In this document: piece by piece, positions 38,055 through 49,845 of the stretch
How positions within the stretch are numbered: the stretch's first letter is position 1
How the letters are laid out: each line of letters starts with the position of its first letter
Assembly: GCF_009914755.1 (NCBI RefSeq)
Contig: NC_060932.1
Direction: 5' to 3' (one strand)
Length of the DNA stretch: 64,000 nucleotides
From: the human T2T-CHM13v2.0 reference genome, Homo sapiens
Translations under genes and position numbers: made by a program
The notes under the pieces: model-generated
What the model was told of the DNA's origin: nothing
Seen by the model: only the letters and a program-made list of their open reading frames with translations
Databases searched by the model: none

Positions 38055-41000
38055 CTACATAAGAATAAAGGAAGAGAGAGAGAAAATAAGGAGAGCAGTT
38101 AGGTGGAAAAAAGAAGTGGAGGAAGGGTGATCTCAAAAGCGAGGTGCATCAAGGTCAGAGAGGTTTACAGAAACGGTATTTGGAAAATAAAGAAGTCCAT
38201 TAAAATGCACACCTTACAATCAACTCTCAATCAAATGTCAAAAGAAAGCCACAATTTGACCAAGCCTCACCACTCCTACCAGCCCCTACCCAGGTTTACC
38301 TTTCTCTCATTAGAGTGTTGAGTTGAAAGACAAAATTTTATCATCAAAAATCAATGGACAGTAATGGAAAAATCAGTTGACAGTAAAAGGAAGAGTGAGT
38401 AAAAGCAGTATCAGGGAAAAAAAGATATATACTCTGACAACCTCCAGATTTGCTCATTTACCAACCAGATTTTATCGAGAGTTGATTATACACACATTCG
38501 TTCATTTGTTCATTCAAACTAGAAAGGTTTATTTCCTCAAACTTCTCCCCTCCCCCCACCACCACCCCACTTAAGACCTGGAGCTGACTTAGGAAATTCT
38601 GGAGTTAATATAATTAGCAGTATTACCATTTATAGCATCCATAGGTGGGCAAAAATACACTCAAATTATGTAACTCAGATAATTTTAACACTTAAATTTT
38701 AACACTATTAAATGTGGTAGCTCTATAAAACTCTGGCAACTGACTCATGGTCCTGTAATTCTGGCCAATGACAAGAGTCAGCTATTAATAATAATTCACT
38801 TTGCCTACCGATATGAAATGTGATCAAGGCCTTAGCTGGTCACTTGCAATAGGAACATTCCAAATTCCTCTCCCCATGGGCCTGTGAAATTAGCTTCTAT
38901 TGCTAAGACCCCTTACAACTAAGTATTGGACCCCAAACAGGCCTTAGGATAGAAATAAATCAAAGTATATATTGTTTTCATCATTTGTTTTTTTCCTGTG
39001 AAGAACTGGCTCTGGGTAGCAAAGGTTTCTTAGCTCTAGTAGGTATCAGAATCTACCAAGCTGTATACCAAGCCCTTAATTTTGAGGAGGAATAACAGGG
39101 TGGGGTGTTCTGACTGTAAGAAATGTGAACATCCATGACCACTGAGCTTTTCTGGTTGGAACCACGTAATTCAGTCATTTAAGGCTTTGGCAACACACAA
39201 TGTCTCCATGTAGTATAACTACCAGCAATCAAGATAGGCAGATAAAGGATAAGACGACAACTAATTTAAAAGTTTTAAAGATTATAGTGAATTTTCTCTG
39301 CTTTACTCAAAAGAACTATATTATGTCATTGTTCATGTTTTTGGTAGGAAAAACGCAAATTGCAGTTGGTATTTAAATTACTTTTTGACAAGCCTAGAAT
39401 GTTTTCACTGAATTTAGCAGCAGACAAATGCTGTGAACAAAGATCTATAATCCCAACTAAGTCCCTATGGGAATAACAGTTTCTTCTTCCTGCCTTAAAA
39501 CACTATAGCTGCATATTTAGTATAAACATCTTTACTTTTCTCCATTTGCCAATATATTATAAGTACTTCCAAGTATTACATATAAAACTTTTCCATCCTT
39601 CAGTATGACAGATGACCATATGCAACGAATATGCAAAAGCATTTGAACAAAACTGTTTACCCAGCCAAGCAACCTTCCTGTGGTTCTCAAGACAAAAGTA
39701 CTAGTCCAGAGAGAAAAATATATACTCTCGGCATGTGATTCCTTCTGAACCTCTAAGAACAGGGCTCAACCAAAGGGAATGCCTTTGGCTTGGCAAGATC
39801 TGGTCTTCTCCTCCCATCAGCTCACTCATGCATCTATCAGTCTACAAATGATTTTCCAGGATGTAGCAAGTGCTGACTGGCTTCCCTTTTGCTTTCCAGC
39901 CATACCTGATACGATGCCAGCTAGGTGCTAGCCATAGGACAAAAGGACAACCACATGATCCTTAGGTGGTGTCACTCTAAGGATTTAGTCCTCGCATCAT
40001 TTAGTTCTTGGGTCATTTTCCTGTTGATTTTATTTGGAAAATAAGTTTTTAAAGAATGTATTTTCAAACAAGGTAGTTTTCAATAATCTGAACTACAACA
40101 AAAGATACCTATATTTTAGTTAATTTGGCCACAAAAATAAGAAGGTATGTAAATGAAGAAAAATGGGCTTAGCACACTTTCAAAGAATCAGAAGGGCCTT
40201 GGCCAGAAATAACCAAATAATAAAATTAATGATGGTTAGGGGTCTTGATTTACTCACATATATTTAATTCTATTTCACAAGAAAAGCCAAACTCTAAAAT
40301 TGAGTGAAATGTACCATGTAAATGTGTACATTTCCCCAAATTTATAAGATTTAGATATATGCAGATTTAAGAATCTAGAAAAAAAAACTGATGAAATAAA
40401 TGCAAAATCCTATGAAAGTTTAACATATCTTAATTATTACTATACCTGCGATGACAACAGCTCCTCTTATCTCTGATTTCCTACCCTCCTCCTTCCCCTT
40501 GGATCTCCTGGGCCTTAATCTAAAACCTAAACCCTTAAAGTTTAAACTTTACCATTAAGCTCCCTCTCCAGTGAGAACGTACCTTGGAAGTCTGGCTTCA
40601 TTTTGGGTATATGCTCACTGTAGTGCTCCCCCCATAACCTCTACCTGACCTCAAAGAACCCATTAAAGCCTCTGTACTCCCAACAATTTCACCAGGCTGT
40701 CTTTGCAGTAACCTTCCAGTAACAGAGGCACCACTAAACTACAATAATCTCACAAACCAGAAAAGAACTTCAGTCATAAAACTCAATTCAAGTTAAGGTT
40801 GCATTTCATGCAGAGAACTCAAATGCTATGAAATAAGATTAGAGGTGATAAGTAAGCCTAACATTTCACCTTTGGTTTGTTTCATCTGTACTGAAGCCAC
40901 AAGCCAACTGCAAACTAGTACAGGAAGAGTAAAAAAGTATTTATGTAGCTTTATCTGATCTGTCTTTATGCATTTATTAGTAAAGTTACCAAAATAAACC

Positions 41001-41679
41001 TTGATATTCACCAAATTTAGTTCCACCTCCAAGTGTATAATTCTTATAAATGGCACAATTTATGAGTTCCTCACACTATACCTGCAAACAGCAATATTCA
41101 AAGTTACAATTAATTAGCTTCTTAATGGTAGGTTAAAAAACTTAAAGGGGATGACCTTTTGAAATCTCAAATACACTAAAAATCAAGTTAAGGTAATAGT
41201 TTGCTATAGAAATCAGTGTGTTTTATCAAAGAAATACCACATTTTAATTTCTAATGGCATTTCCTGACAGACCACATAGCTGGTTTTAAGCAAAAACAAA
41301 CAAACAAATAAAAATCAATAAAATGCAGTAGATGAGAGTAATATTATTTCTAAAAATGAGGGAACTTGGCCCACATTTTATTTTATCTTTAAAATAAAAA
41401 GCTTTGCTATTCAGAATGTGTCATTTAAAGTAATATAATGAAGTAATAAACCATTTATAGGCAAGCAAATTAACATCATTCTGATAAGTTCTACATAATT
41501 TTGTTTCTTTTACATGCCTAAGATTATAGTCATCTGAGGATTTAATATATTTAGAGAAACTCAAATATAGATACACAATGACAGGACTACATTGAAAATT
41601 TCATTAAAGTTAAGACAAGAAAAGAAATTTCATAATAAGTTTCAATGCACAAACACTAATTCCCAATGGGCAATAATAA

Positions 41680-41701
41680 TAAAAAAAAAAAAAAAAAAAA
41701 A
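41680..41701 (+). repeat. Poly(A) run of about 22 nt after AATAATAAT
   Basis: Seen directly. Confidence 0.9.
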
Positions 41702-42703
41702 CACCAACACAGGTCAACATTAGGAAGGTTTATTACCTTTAATCACAACTAAAACTCTATTTTCATATTTGGAACTTTATTTCATAAGGAGGTGGAATTA
41801 ATCTACTAAAAGCAGTTTCACTAGTTACAGATGTGGCATCCTACCATGTTTTCATATCTAATAAATATACACAAAACAATGTTAACTAAGAAGAATTTGT
41901 TTGGGTCATTATTTTATAAGCTTAGTGTATAATATCATGCCATATCCATTATTTTTCTAAAGACTCTTATATAAAAAGTTTTAACATATATTATGCTACA
42001 TACAAAAGCAAAGGAAGTCTCACCAGGCCAGATTATATAAAATTTGCATATTGAAATTAACACCATTCTTTCCAGCAAGACAGCACTTTAAAACAAATAA
42101 GGGAATACCTCATTGTTATTTATTACAAGAAACATCTCTGATAAAGACAAGTAATTCTGATAATGAAAGAGAAGGGTCCAAGACTTCCAAAATAAAGACA
42201 CTGGGTCAAAAGACCAGGAGTTCATATTTTAATGCTACCGTTAAAATATGCATGGGACATTTTAAGATGTTTATTATCACTTTTATTTCATCATTAATTT
42301 ATGTAAGCCTGTAGAAATTTACATTTTGAAATGGAAGTGAATGTGTAATGTTAATGAAAAATGGCTATAATTACCATATCTAAAAACAGACTAGGATATT
42401 ATCTATTCAAATTCTAAGTTCAGAATAAGAAGTACTTTAAATCTGGAAACACACATGAAATTATTATACTTATCAAAAGATATATGTGTAAGAGATATAC
42501 ACTTATTCATTGATAAAAGTAAATTGACATGAAAGAGTGTGGAAAAATAAGCCATTTAAAATTTTAACAGTAATGAAATATATGATTTAAGGGAGAAAAG
42601 TCTCCTGTAAGATATATACTATTGAGATAGATATTATTAAAGCAAAAATAATTGTTTCCAGCATTTTATCACCACTAACAAAAAACATAAAATGTGTACT
42701 TGC

Positions 42704-42772
42704 CTAATAAAACTTTGGCATCATCCACATCAAAATCTCCATCACCATCAGCATCATAGATTCCTAGTTTTC
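42704..42772 (-). CDS. ASPH: Shared exon 3, (G)KLGIYDADGDGDFDVDDAKVLL; lumenal EF-hand-type Ca2+ loop, 69 nt
   Basis: TATTATAG acceptor; GC donor GCAAGT; DxDxDG loop. Confidence 0.96.
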
Positions 42773-44174
42773 CTATAATAGGGCAGAAATGATGGATATG
42801 GGAATAAAAAAGAAAAGAAATTTAATAAGGTATTATAACTTAGTGAAGTCATGCAACTCAGTCATAAATGTTACCAATTAATACAATTCTTTGCTCTTTT
42901 AATCCTGCAAAGCAGTGTCAAATGAATATCTTACCTAAAAATAGCGAGCAATTCAGTTAAGAGAGTCAGGAAATGTTCAGCTAATAAATTCTATGAAATA
43001 AAACTGACACAGCATTATCTTTAAAGATTGAACAACATCCTGATCTAATTAGTTCAGAATAATTTTTATTATACTGCTAAAAATATTCTTGGTAAAGTTT
43101 TTAGCATATATGAAATAATATTGATGCATTCCTAAGTCACTTGAAATTTAATGTTTCTAAAGCATGAAATTTCATCACACTATCAATATCTGAACCAAAA
43201 GAAACAACCAAGCCTCAAATAAAGACCAAATGTAAATAGATTAACATAGAATCTAAGTACTAAAAACTAAAAAATCATTAATTTTATATTTTACAATGAT
43301 GACTTATAACAGAAATATCATGAATTAACCTTTAAAAATAAAAGATCATTCTGGAAATAAAGTATATAAAACTGGAGGCTTCGGAAATTATAAAGGAAAA
43401 CTTATGATTATTCTACTTAACTTAATCAGCACAGGCAATCTATACTAAGAAAAAAAGGGCTTAAAACAGATATGCTGAGAAGACAATACTACCAAAACCT
43501 TTCCTCCTGATGAACAGAAAATGTTTTTAGGCTTTAGTGCTTTATCATAAGGAACACTGTTATTTTGTTTAGCATTTCAAAAAGTCAAATATATTCAACT
43601 CCCTAAAAAAGCATCCTAAAATCTACATGATTCTAATTCATTATTGGACAATGACTGTGGAGAAACATAATAATGTTAATGTACAGCAATTTTTTAAACA
43701 GCTTTCTCAAATACAGCATTAGTACTAAAAAAAAATTTTGGCAATTGTTATCATTTCTTTAACACAAAGTACATTAAAAAATTACAGAAGAACAGGCAGA
43801 AATTTTGGCTCAGATTAGTTCTGATCAATCTTTATCTCCCCAGAGCCCTTGCTCTACCTAGGAAAATGGTTAACTTGCTATATAGAAGTCTGACTTAGCA
43901 AACACATACACATTTAAAATGATTATGATGAAAGAAGAGATAAGGATGTTATTTCAACTGCTAAGAAAACAAAAAGTACTAATCAAGGCTATGCAGAGTA
44001 CAGAATTCAAGAAACAGTAAAAGATAGAAAATACTACCCTTTCTGACAAACCCATAATGGGAAATTGGTCCTATCACTTATATTCTGATGTAGATAATAA
44101 TTAAATTAGTAGAAAAAGGATGAGCCATTAGAGAGTAACACACGTAGACTTGAAATGCAACTCCAATAGCCTAC

Positions 44175-44219
44175 CTTGAAGCACCTCTGATAAGTTATAA
44201 CGGAAGTCCTTTGCTTTGG
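44175..44219 (-). CDS. ASPH: 45-nt cassette exon, (A)KAKDFRYNLSEVLQ(G)
   Basis: CAG acceptor, GTAGGC donor; matches the known 15-aa insert of the long junctin/junctate forms. Confidence 0.92.
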
Positions 44220-44660
44220 CTGCATGCATGTAAAAACATGAAAATTGTTATTTGTGCTTAAAGGTACAAATACTTAAAGTGTCCTCTTTTAAGATACATT
44301 CCCTAACAACATATCACTGTAAGTCAGTCAAAGCATAGATCTACTCAGAAATTTGTCTCCAGACTAAAATTCTCCCTCAGTTGGTCTGTCAATCTATCCA
44401 GAGACACTTTCTTTAAAGTAATGAAAATGAAAAACTTCAATGAAAGACAGATTACAAATAAGCATATTTTGTTATTCCTACAGCCAAAAATTTGTTTGCC
44501 CTTTCTCCCCAAAAATATGTCTATAATTTGACAAGTAAAGCAGAAGCACAGGAAGTCCAATGCAAGGGGATATCACCCATGCAACATTGTACATAGACAC
44601 AAGTGTGCATTTTTTCCAGTGACAGGTCCACATCTTTCACTGGATTACTAAAGAGGAGGA

Positions 44661-45075
44661 CCATTATTCACAACAGCCAAAAAGTGGAAACAACCCAAAT
44701 GTCCATCACTGATAAACAGATAACCAAAATGTGGTGTGCCCATATGATGGAATATTATGCAGCCATAAAATGAAGTACTGAACTTTAAAAACATTATGCT
44801 AAGTGCAAAAAGGCAGATACAAAAGATCATATAATGTATGGTTCCATTACATGAAATGCCCAGAATAAACAAAAGCACAGACACAGAAAGTAGATTAGTG
44901 TTTCCCAGGAGAGGGAAAGAGGAAGAGTTTGGGTATTTAGGGGAAGGGGGTAACAAAAATAATCTGGAACTAGATAATGCTGATGGGTATATAAAATGAT
45001 GAATATAGTAAAAAAAAACTGAATTGTACACATTCAAATATATATAATATTGAATTTTATTTCAGTTTAAAAAAA
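44661..45075 (+). mobile_element. L1M (MB/ME-type) 3' fragment
   Basis: TTATTCACAACAGCCAAAAAGTGGAAACAACCCAAATGTCCATCA...ATGGAATATTATGCAGCCATAAAA. Confidence 0.85.
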
Positions 45076-45775
45076 GATTTTTGGGGAAGTGAAGGAGAAT
45101 GTGACTCCAAAAATAACAAAGAATCATTAATGTAAAAAATCATGAAAAACTTCAGTGATTACAGAAAAGGAAAAAGGTGGAGAAAGGACACTATCAGAAG
45201 GACCACAGCAACTTCCTCAGAACAGCACACAGATCACACCTACACACACACAATAATATCTACAAACGCCTATCTCAGCACACCCATCCAGTACCTATAT
45301 GTGTGCACACGTACTCATCCCATCCCAACAGAGACACAGAAAGGGTGTACTTTGAAAACCCTCTCTAAGGAAGAGTTTTGCATATTGTGTGGTTATGATC
45401 CATTAGCAAGTCCTTAAATAAATGTAATGGCTCATGATCAAGTATTTTTAAAATTTATAATATAACAAAATTGAATAGAAATCAAAAAGTACTGCATATA
45501 GTGAGAATGAGTACTGTTTGATAAAACTTCTCCCTGTGTGACAGACATACAATATAAAGCCTTTTTTCAAAAACCTACAGGTCACATTTAAAGAGTTCAA
45601 AAGACAATACTCCAAGGTAACCTTCTTCATATCCCCTTTCAGCCTCACTCTATTGAGAACCACTGAAAGGCTATAGAAATTACCAGTACCAGAAAGATGA
45701 TAACAAATATTCAAGACTCCTAAGAGATGTCACTTACTCTCTTACAAATTCACATAAGGATATCAAAATTCTTAC

Positions 45776-45925
45776 CTAGAACTTCCTCATAGTCAACAAG
45801 ATCAAACCAAACGACAGCTACAGATGTCCAGACGCCCAGCAATGCAATCACCATAAACCACGTGAAGAATGAAGTTCCTGAGAGTCCGCCTTTCCTCCCA
45901 TTCTTGTGTCCTCCATGCTTTGTCT
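45776..45925 (-). CDS. ASPH: Shared exon 2: cytosolic segment and type II transmembrane helix, (E)TKHGGHKNGRKGGLSGTSFFTWFMVIALLGVWTSVAVVWFDLVDYEEVL, 150 nt
   Basis: TTTCTAAACAG acceptor, GTAAGA donor; matches ASPH/junctin N-terminus. Confidence 0.98.
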
Positions 45926-46884
45926 CTGTTTAGAAATAAATGTAAGATATCATAAGAAGAAAACATTTTACTGAACACTTATTCTCACAATTATTTCTCC
46001 AATAATTTGGGATTATGTACAATGATAGATCATTTCAAAAACAGTTTCCAGTTAAATTCTCAAAACACGTCACACAAAATATTTCTGAAAACAGAAAAGA
46101 TTGTTTAGATGCAACACTAACTTTGAAGTAGTGCAGGAAATAAACTCCTGAATTTTTTTAAAGATTTAGTATAATATGTATATTCCATCCAAGTTACTCA
46201 TCAAAATGACCTGAATATTACCTCTTTCCAAAGGCAGAGCACATAAACAACTTAATGAAATCACATAAAAATGTAGCCAAATCCTTTTCTCCGTCCCATT
46301 TCATTTCTGCAGAATCTTAAAAACTCTGTTAACACACAGAAGAAAATATCTCCCCCTAAACCATTCCATATTCTTAGCCAGAGAGAAAAGGACAGAAAAG
46401 TGAAACAGCACAATCCATTCCTACTCCTTTACAAGATCCGTTGAGGCCTAAGGAAACAGGAAAAGGCTCATTCACAATTGGTCTCACTGCAGGAAACAGC
46501 TTTGTAAACTGCTGTCCACCTAAAGTGTCATTTATCGCATTTGATATGCTTAATATACCTTATATTCTTTTGTAAATATTCTTCTTACAGCCAAAAATAA
46601 ACAAAAATGATTTGATATTAACAGAAAATAGTCAACACTGCCCTTAAAAAGATATACAATATTCAAATTTCCCATAAAAAGGAATATAATACATATATCA
46701 ATATTAATAAATAAAAAGAATAAATAATATCCCAAAATGCCTTCTGAGAAGAGGAAAAGTTTATCAAACAGATGATGGAAGGCCAGGGCGGTGTCTCCCA
46801 TTTGTGTGGCAGGTAGAGTCGCCATCAAAGTGCTTTCATGTGCTTTGCTGCCGGTGATCCTCACAGTGTCCTGCCACTATTTCT

Positions 46885-47080
46885 ACAGAGGGCATTTCTG
46901 GATGTTTATGCAGGACAATGTTTCATCCTGTGCACCTGTTCCTCACATTGCAAGATTTCTGGCATCCCTGGTTTCCCCTGGACTCAAAGGCAAGGAGCTG
47001 TCAAGGCTTATGACAAAAAAAACATCCCCAGACATTTCCACATGTTCCCTTCAGGGGCAGTTCCTGGGTGAGAACCAACA
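46885..47080. mobile_element. MER20-like hAT-Charlie element
   Basis: GGCATCCCTGG...TGACAAAAAAAACATCCCCAGACATTTCCACATGTTCCCT...TGAGAACC. Confidence 0.65.
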
Positions 47081-47301
47081 GGAAGAAGGACAGGAATAAT
47101 TATCTGTTTTATAAGTGAAACATGAAATGATTCTCCCAAAGTCACCAGTACAAGTTGGGTAGAACTAAGAACATACTCTCATCTCTACAGCTCTGAGTTC
47201 CTTAATCTCTAATCAGTGGGCCAAATTACACGATTTCAAAAAACCCCACTAGCTCTAATCTAGAACTTGCCCTTTGACTTCTAAGTCCAGTTCTAATTAC
47301 A

Positions 47302-47502
47302 GAATACTATTAGTAATTTCCAGCGGCTCAAGTCAAGAATATATTGCCAATATATTCTTCTGGAAGAAAAAATGAAATTCTTTGTGTTAAAAGGATATAT
47401 GCATTTTTTAAAAATACACCACTAGATCAGTTTTTCAAAAGGGGCCATAAAAACTAAATCCATCTGAGTATATATATGTACACTCAAACATATACATATA
47501 TT
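47302..47502 (+). repeat. Local duplication segment A (copy at 52486-52684)
   Basis: Long shared blocks, e.g. CAAGAATATATTGCCAATAT, TTCTTCTGGAAGAAAAAATGAAATTCTT, AAAAATACACCACTAGATCA. Confidence 0.95.
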
Positions 47503-47528
47503 TATCTACATGCCTACATGTAGATAAA

Positions 47529-47775
47529 TTTTTTTTTTTTTTTGAGACATGGTCTCCCTCTGTCACCCAGGCTGTAGTGCACTAGCATGATCTCGGCTCG
47601 GTTCAAGGGATTCTCCTGCTTCAGCCTCCTGAGTAACTGGGATTACAGGCACCTGCCACCACGCCTGGCTAATTTTTGTATTTTTAGTAGAGACAGGGTT
47701 TCACCATATTGGCCAGGCTGGTCTTGAACTCCTGACCTCAAGTGATCTGCCCACCTCAGCCTCTCAAAGTGCTGG
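47529..47775 (-). mobile_element. AluS, 5'-truncated with an internal deletion
   Basis: Poly-T then reverse Alu; stops at CAAAGTGCTGGG; no clear TSD. Confidence 0.92.
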
Positions 47776-48764
47776 GTAATTCTTAAAACGTCAAGTAATT
47801 CCTTTTTCTGACATTCTTTAAATATTAATGGATCCCTCAGAACCAGAGTTGTAAATAATATGGTAAATTCATAAAGTATGCTTACCAAATGACAAATGGC
47901 CATCAACTTTGTTTCTAATGTGATCTATATAAAAGCTGGCTATATAAAAACATAATTTATGTATTAAATAAAAATACTTGCTGGGCATAGATCCTATTGT
48001 TGCAGATTAAATCAACTTCAAATAGGTATCATTACCTGAAACACAGCCATAGCAGGAGAAGATTGGGTGAGAATGTCTGCAATGTTGGTAGAGGGAAATG
48101 GTGGTTTCCAAAATTTTTATGTGTTGTAAGCATATAAAAAGAAAAATACAAATTAAACCACTACTAAAATTTGAAGAAAAAAAGATTTACGAAAGTGAGT
48201 AAGCTTCTGTGAGGTCAGGAAGCACCACAGATTCAGAAACAGTTTTGTATGTCTAATTCACTACATTTTTATAAACAGAAAGACTTATTTTCTAACACTG
48301 TATCCAAAAAAGAACGCTTATTTCTATATAACATACAGACATATGCGTACAAATCCATTTGCGTACAACACTAAGTTTAACAAAAATACTACCTTCCAAA
48401 ATATCCACATACTCTAAATATGGAATTATAGTAGCTAATGACTAAGAATTTCCTGCCTTTGCTACTTATTGCCTCTAAGAATCAAATTGAATTTTTTTTT
48501 GGCAAAAGGAATGCTAAAACTTCAGTAAAACTGGGTTCTTGTCTTATGTCCTCTTGAACATTCTGTAGCTGATACCAGTCTCTTGTATTTTTCCTCATTA
48601 ACTGGAAAACAGCAAGGCTAAACAAATATAGTTCATCTTTTCATTCATCCAACATTTTTATTCAGTACATGAATATCAGATAATTTTACCCAATAATTAA
48701 GTTTTTATAATGAGTATGTGGCCAAACAGATACCCAAGATGATATTATTTAAAATAAGCCTATA

Positions 48765-48840
48765 CTGCAGTGAGCTATGATTGCACCATTATACTCCAGC
48801 CTGGGCAACAAAGCAAGACCCTTTCTTAAAAAAAAAATTA
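48765..48840 (+). mobile_element. Alu (J/FLAM) 3' fragment
   Basis: CTGCAGTGAGCTATGATTGCACC...CTCCAGCCTGGGCAACAAAGCAAGACCC plus A tail. Confidence 0.85.
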
Positions 48841-49525
48841 AAAAGTCTATAATGAAATAGCTAATAAAACAAAGTAATAGTTTGAATTCAAATTTTAATC
48901 ATTTCTCCATTTCTATCTCTCTTAAAGGGAAATGGAGGAGAAAAATTTCTGAGATTCTGAAAAGGAAATTATCATTTATCCAAGTTAACTCAGTGATACT
49001 CATTTAAGTTATTGACTGTAACACTAAATATAAGGGAAAAGTAGACAAAATATTTTTTCTAAAAAATGAATGCATGCACCAAAACAGCAAGGGATTCAGA
49101 TGGGAAGGAGACAGCCAAACACAGTAAAAAATACACCTTTACCTAGAATTTGTTTACATTTTTATTTTAGATGTGATTCTAACAACTTCAATTAAGTTTT
49201 CTAGCTCTATGCACAAAACTCTACATTTCAGACACAATCTAACCCAATGAGTCAAAGCAACAGAGTGGTGACAGAGGAAAAGCCTATCGAGTGCACAGAT
49301 CTCTCAGCAAGAGCAGGCCCAGGAAGTCAGAAAAGCTGAGTGGTGGGAAGTCATTTATGATGAAACTTTCAGGCAGAATCCCTGACAGTCCTTCAAATAA
49401 TCTTCAGTACAAGACAGTAACTGGTTTCACATTGATTCTGCCATTAAAACATAGAAGAAATGTATAATAAATCTTAGGAAGATTTTCATTCAAAGTAGTT
49501 TGTAGTAAAGAGATTTATCACTTTA

Positions 49526-49845
49526 AAAGCTAAATGTTTCTTAACTAGAATATATTATCAGCAATATTTTATATATCCCTTTTTAATATCAAATAAATGA
49601 GCTGTTACTCTAGTATTATTAACCTTATTACTGTTGATATTTACTAGTTCCACAAAGGAACAAAATACTAAGTTATGGAAGGGATTCTTTTTTAAGACAC
49701 CTTTTTTAGGGGCAGTTTTTATCGACAGCAAACAATATACTCTTGATATGTCATTTGGTAAATATGCTGTGCCTAGTCCCAAAGGGCAGATCAGTTTCTG
49801 TCCAATGAAACTGATGAACGCATGGTAAGACAAACCCTTAAGAGG
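49526..49845 (+). repeat. Local duplication segment B (copy at 52686-53004)
   Basis: Long shared blocks, e.g. TGTTACTCTAGTATTATTAACCTTATTACT and AGCAAACAATATACTCTTGATATGTCA. Confidence 0.95.

Noticed and set aside
42024-42067. Strong donor CTG|GTGAGA with a possible 44-nt exon
   Set aside because: Weak AAG acceptor, in-frame stop, not a multiple of 3; at best a poison exon with no support
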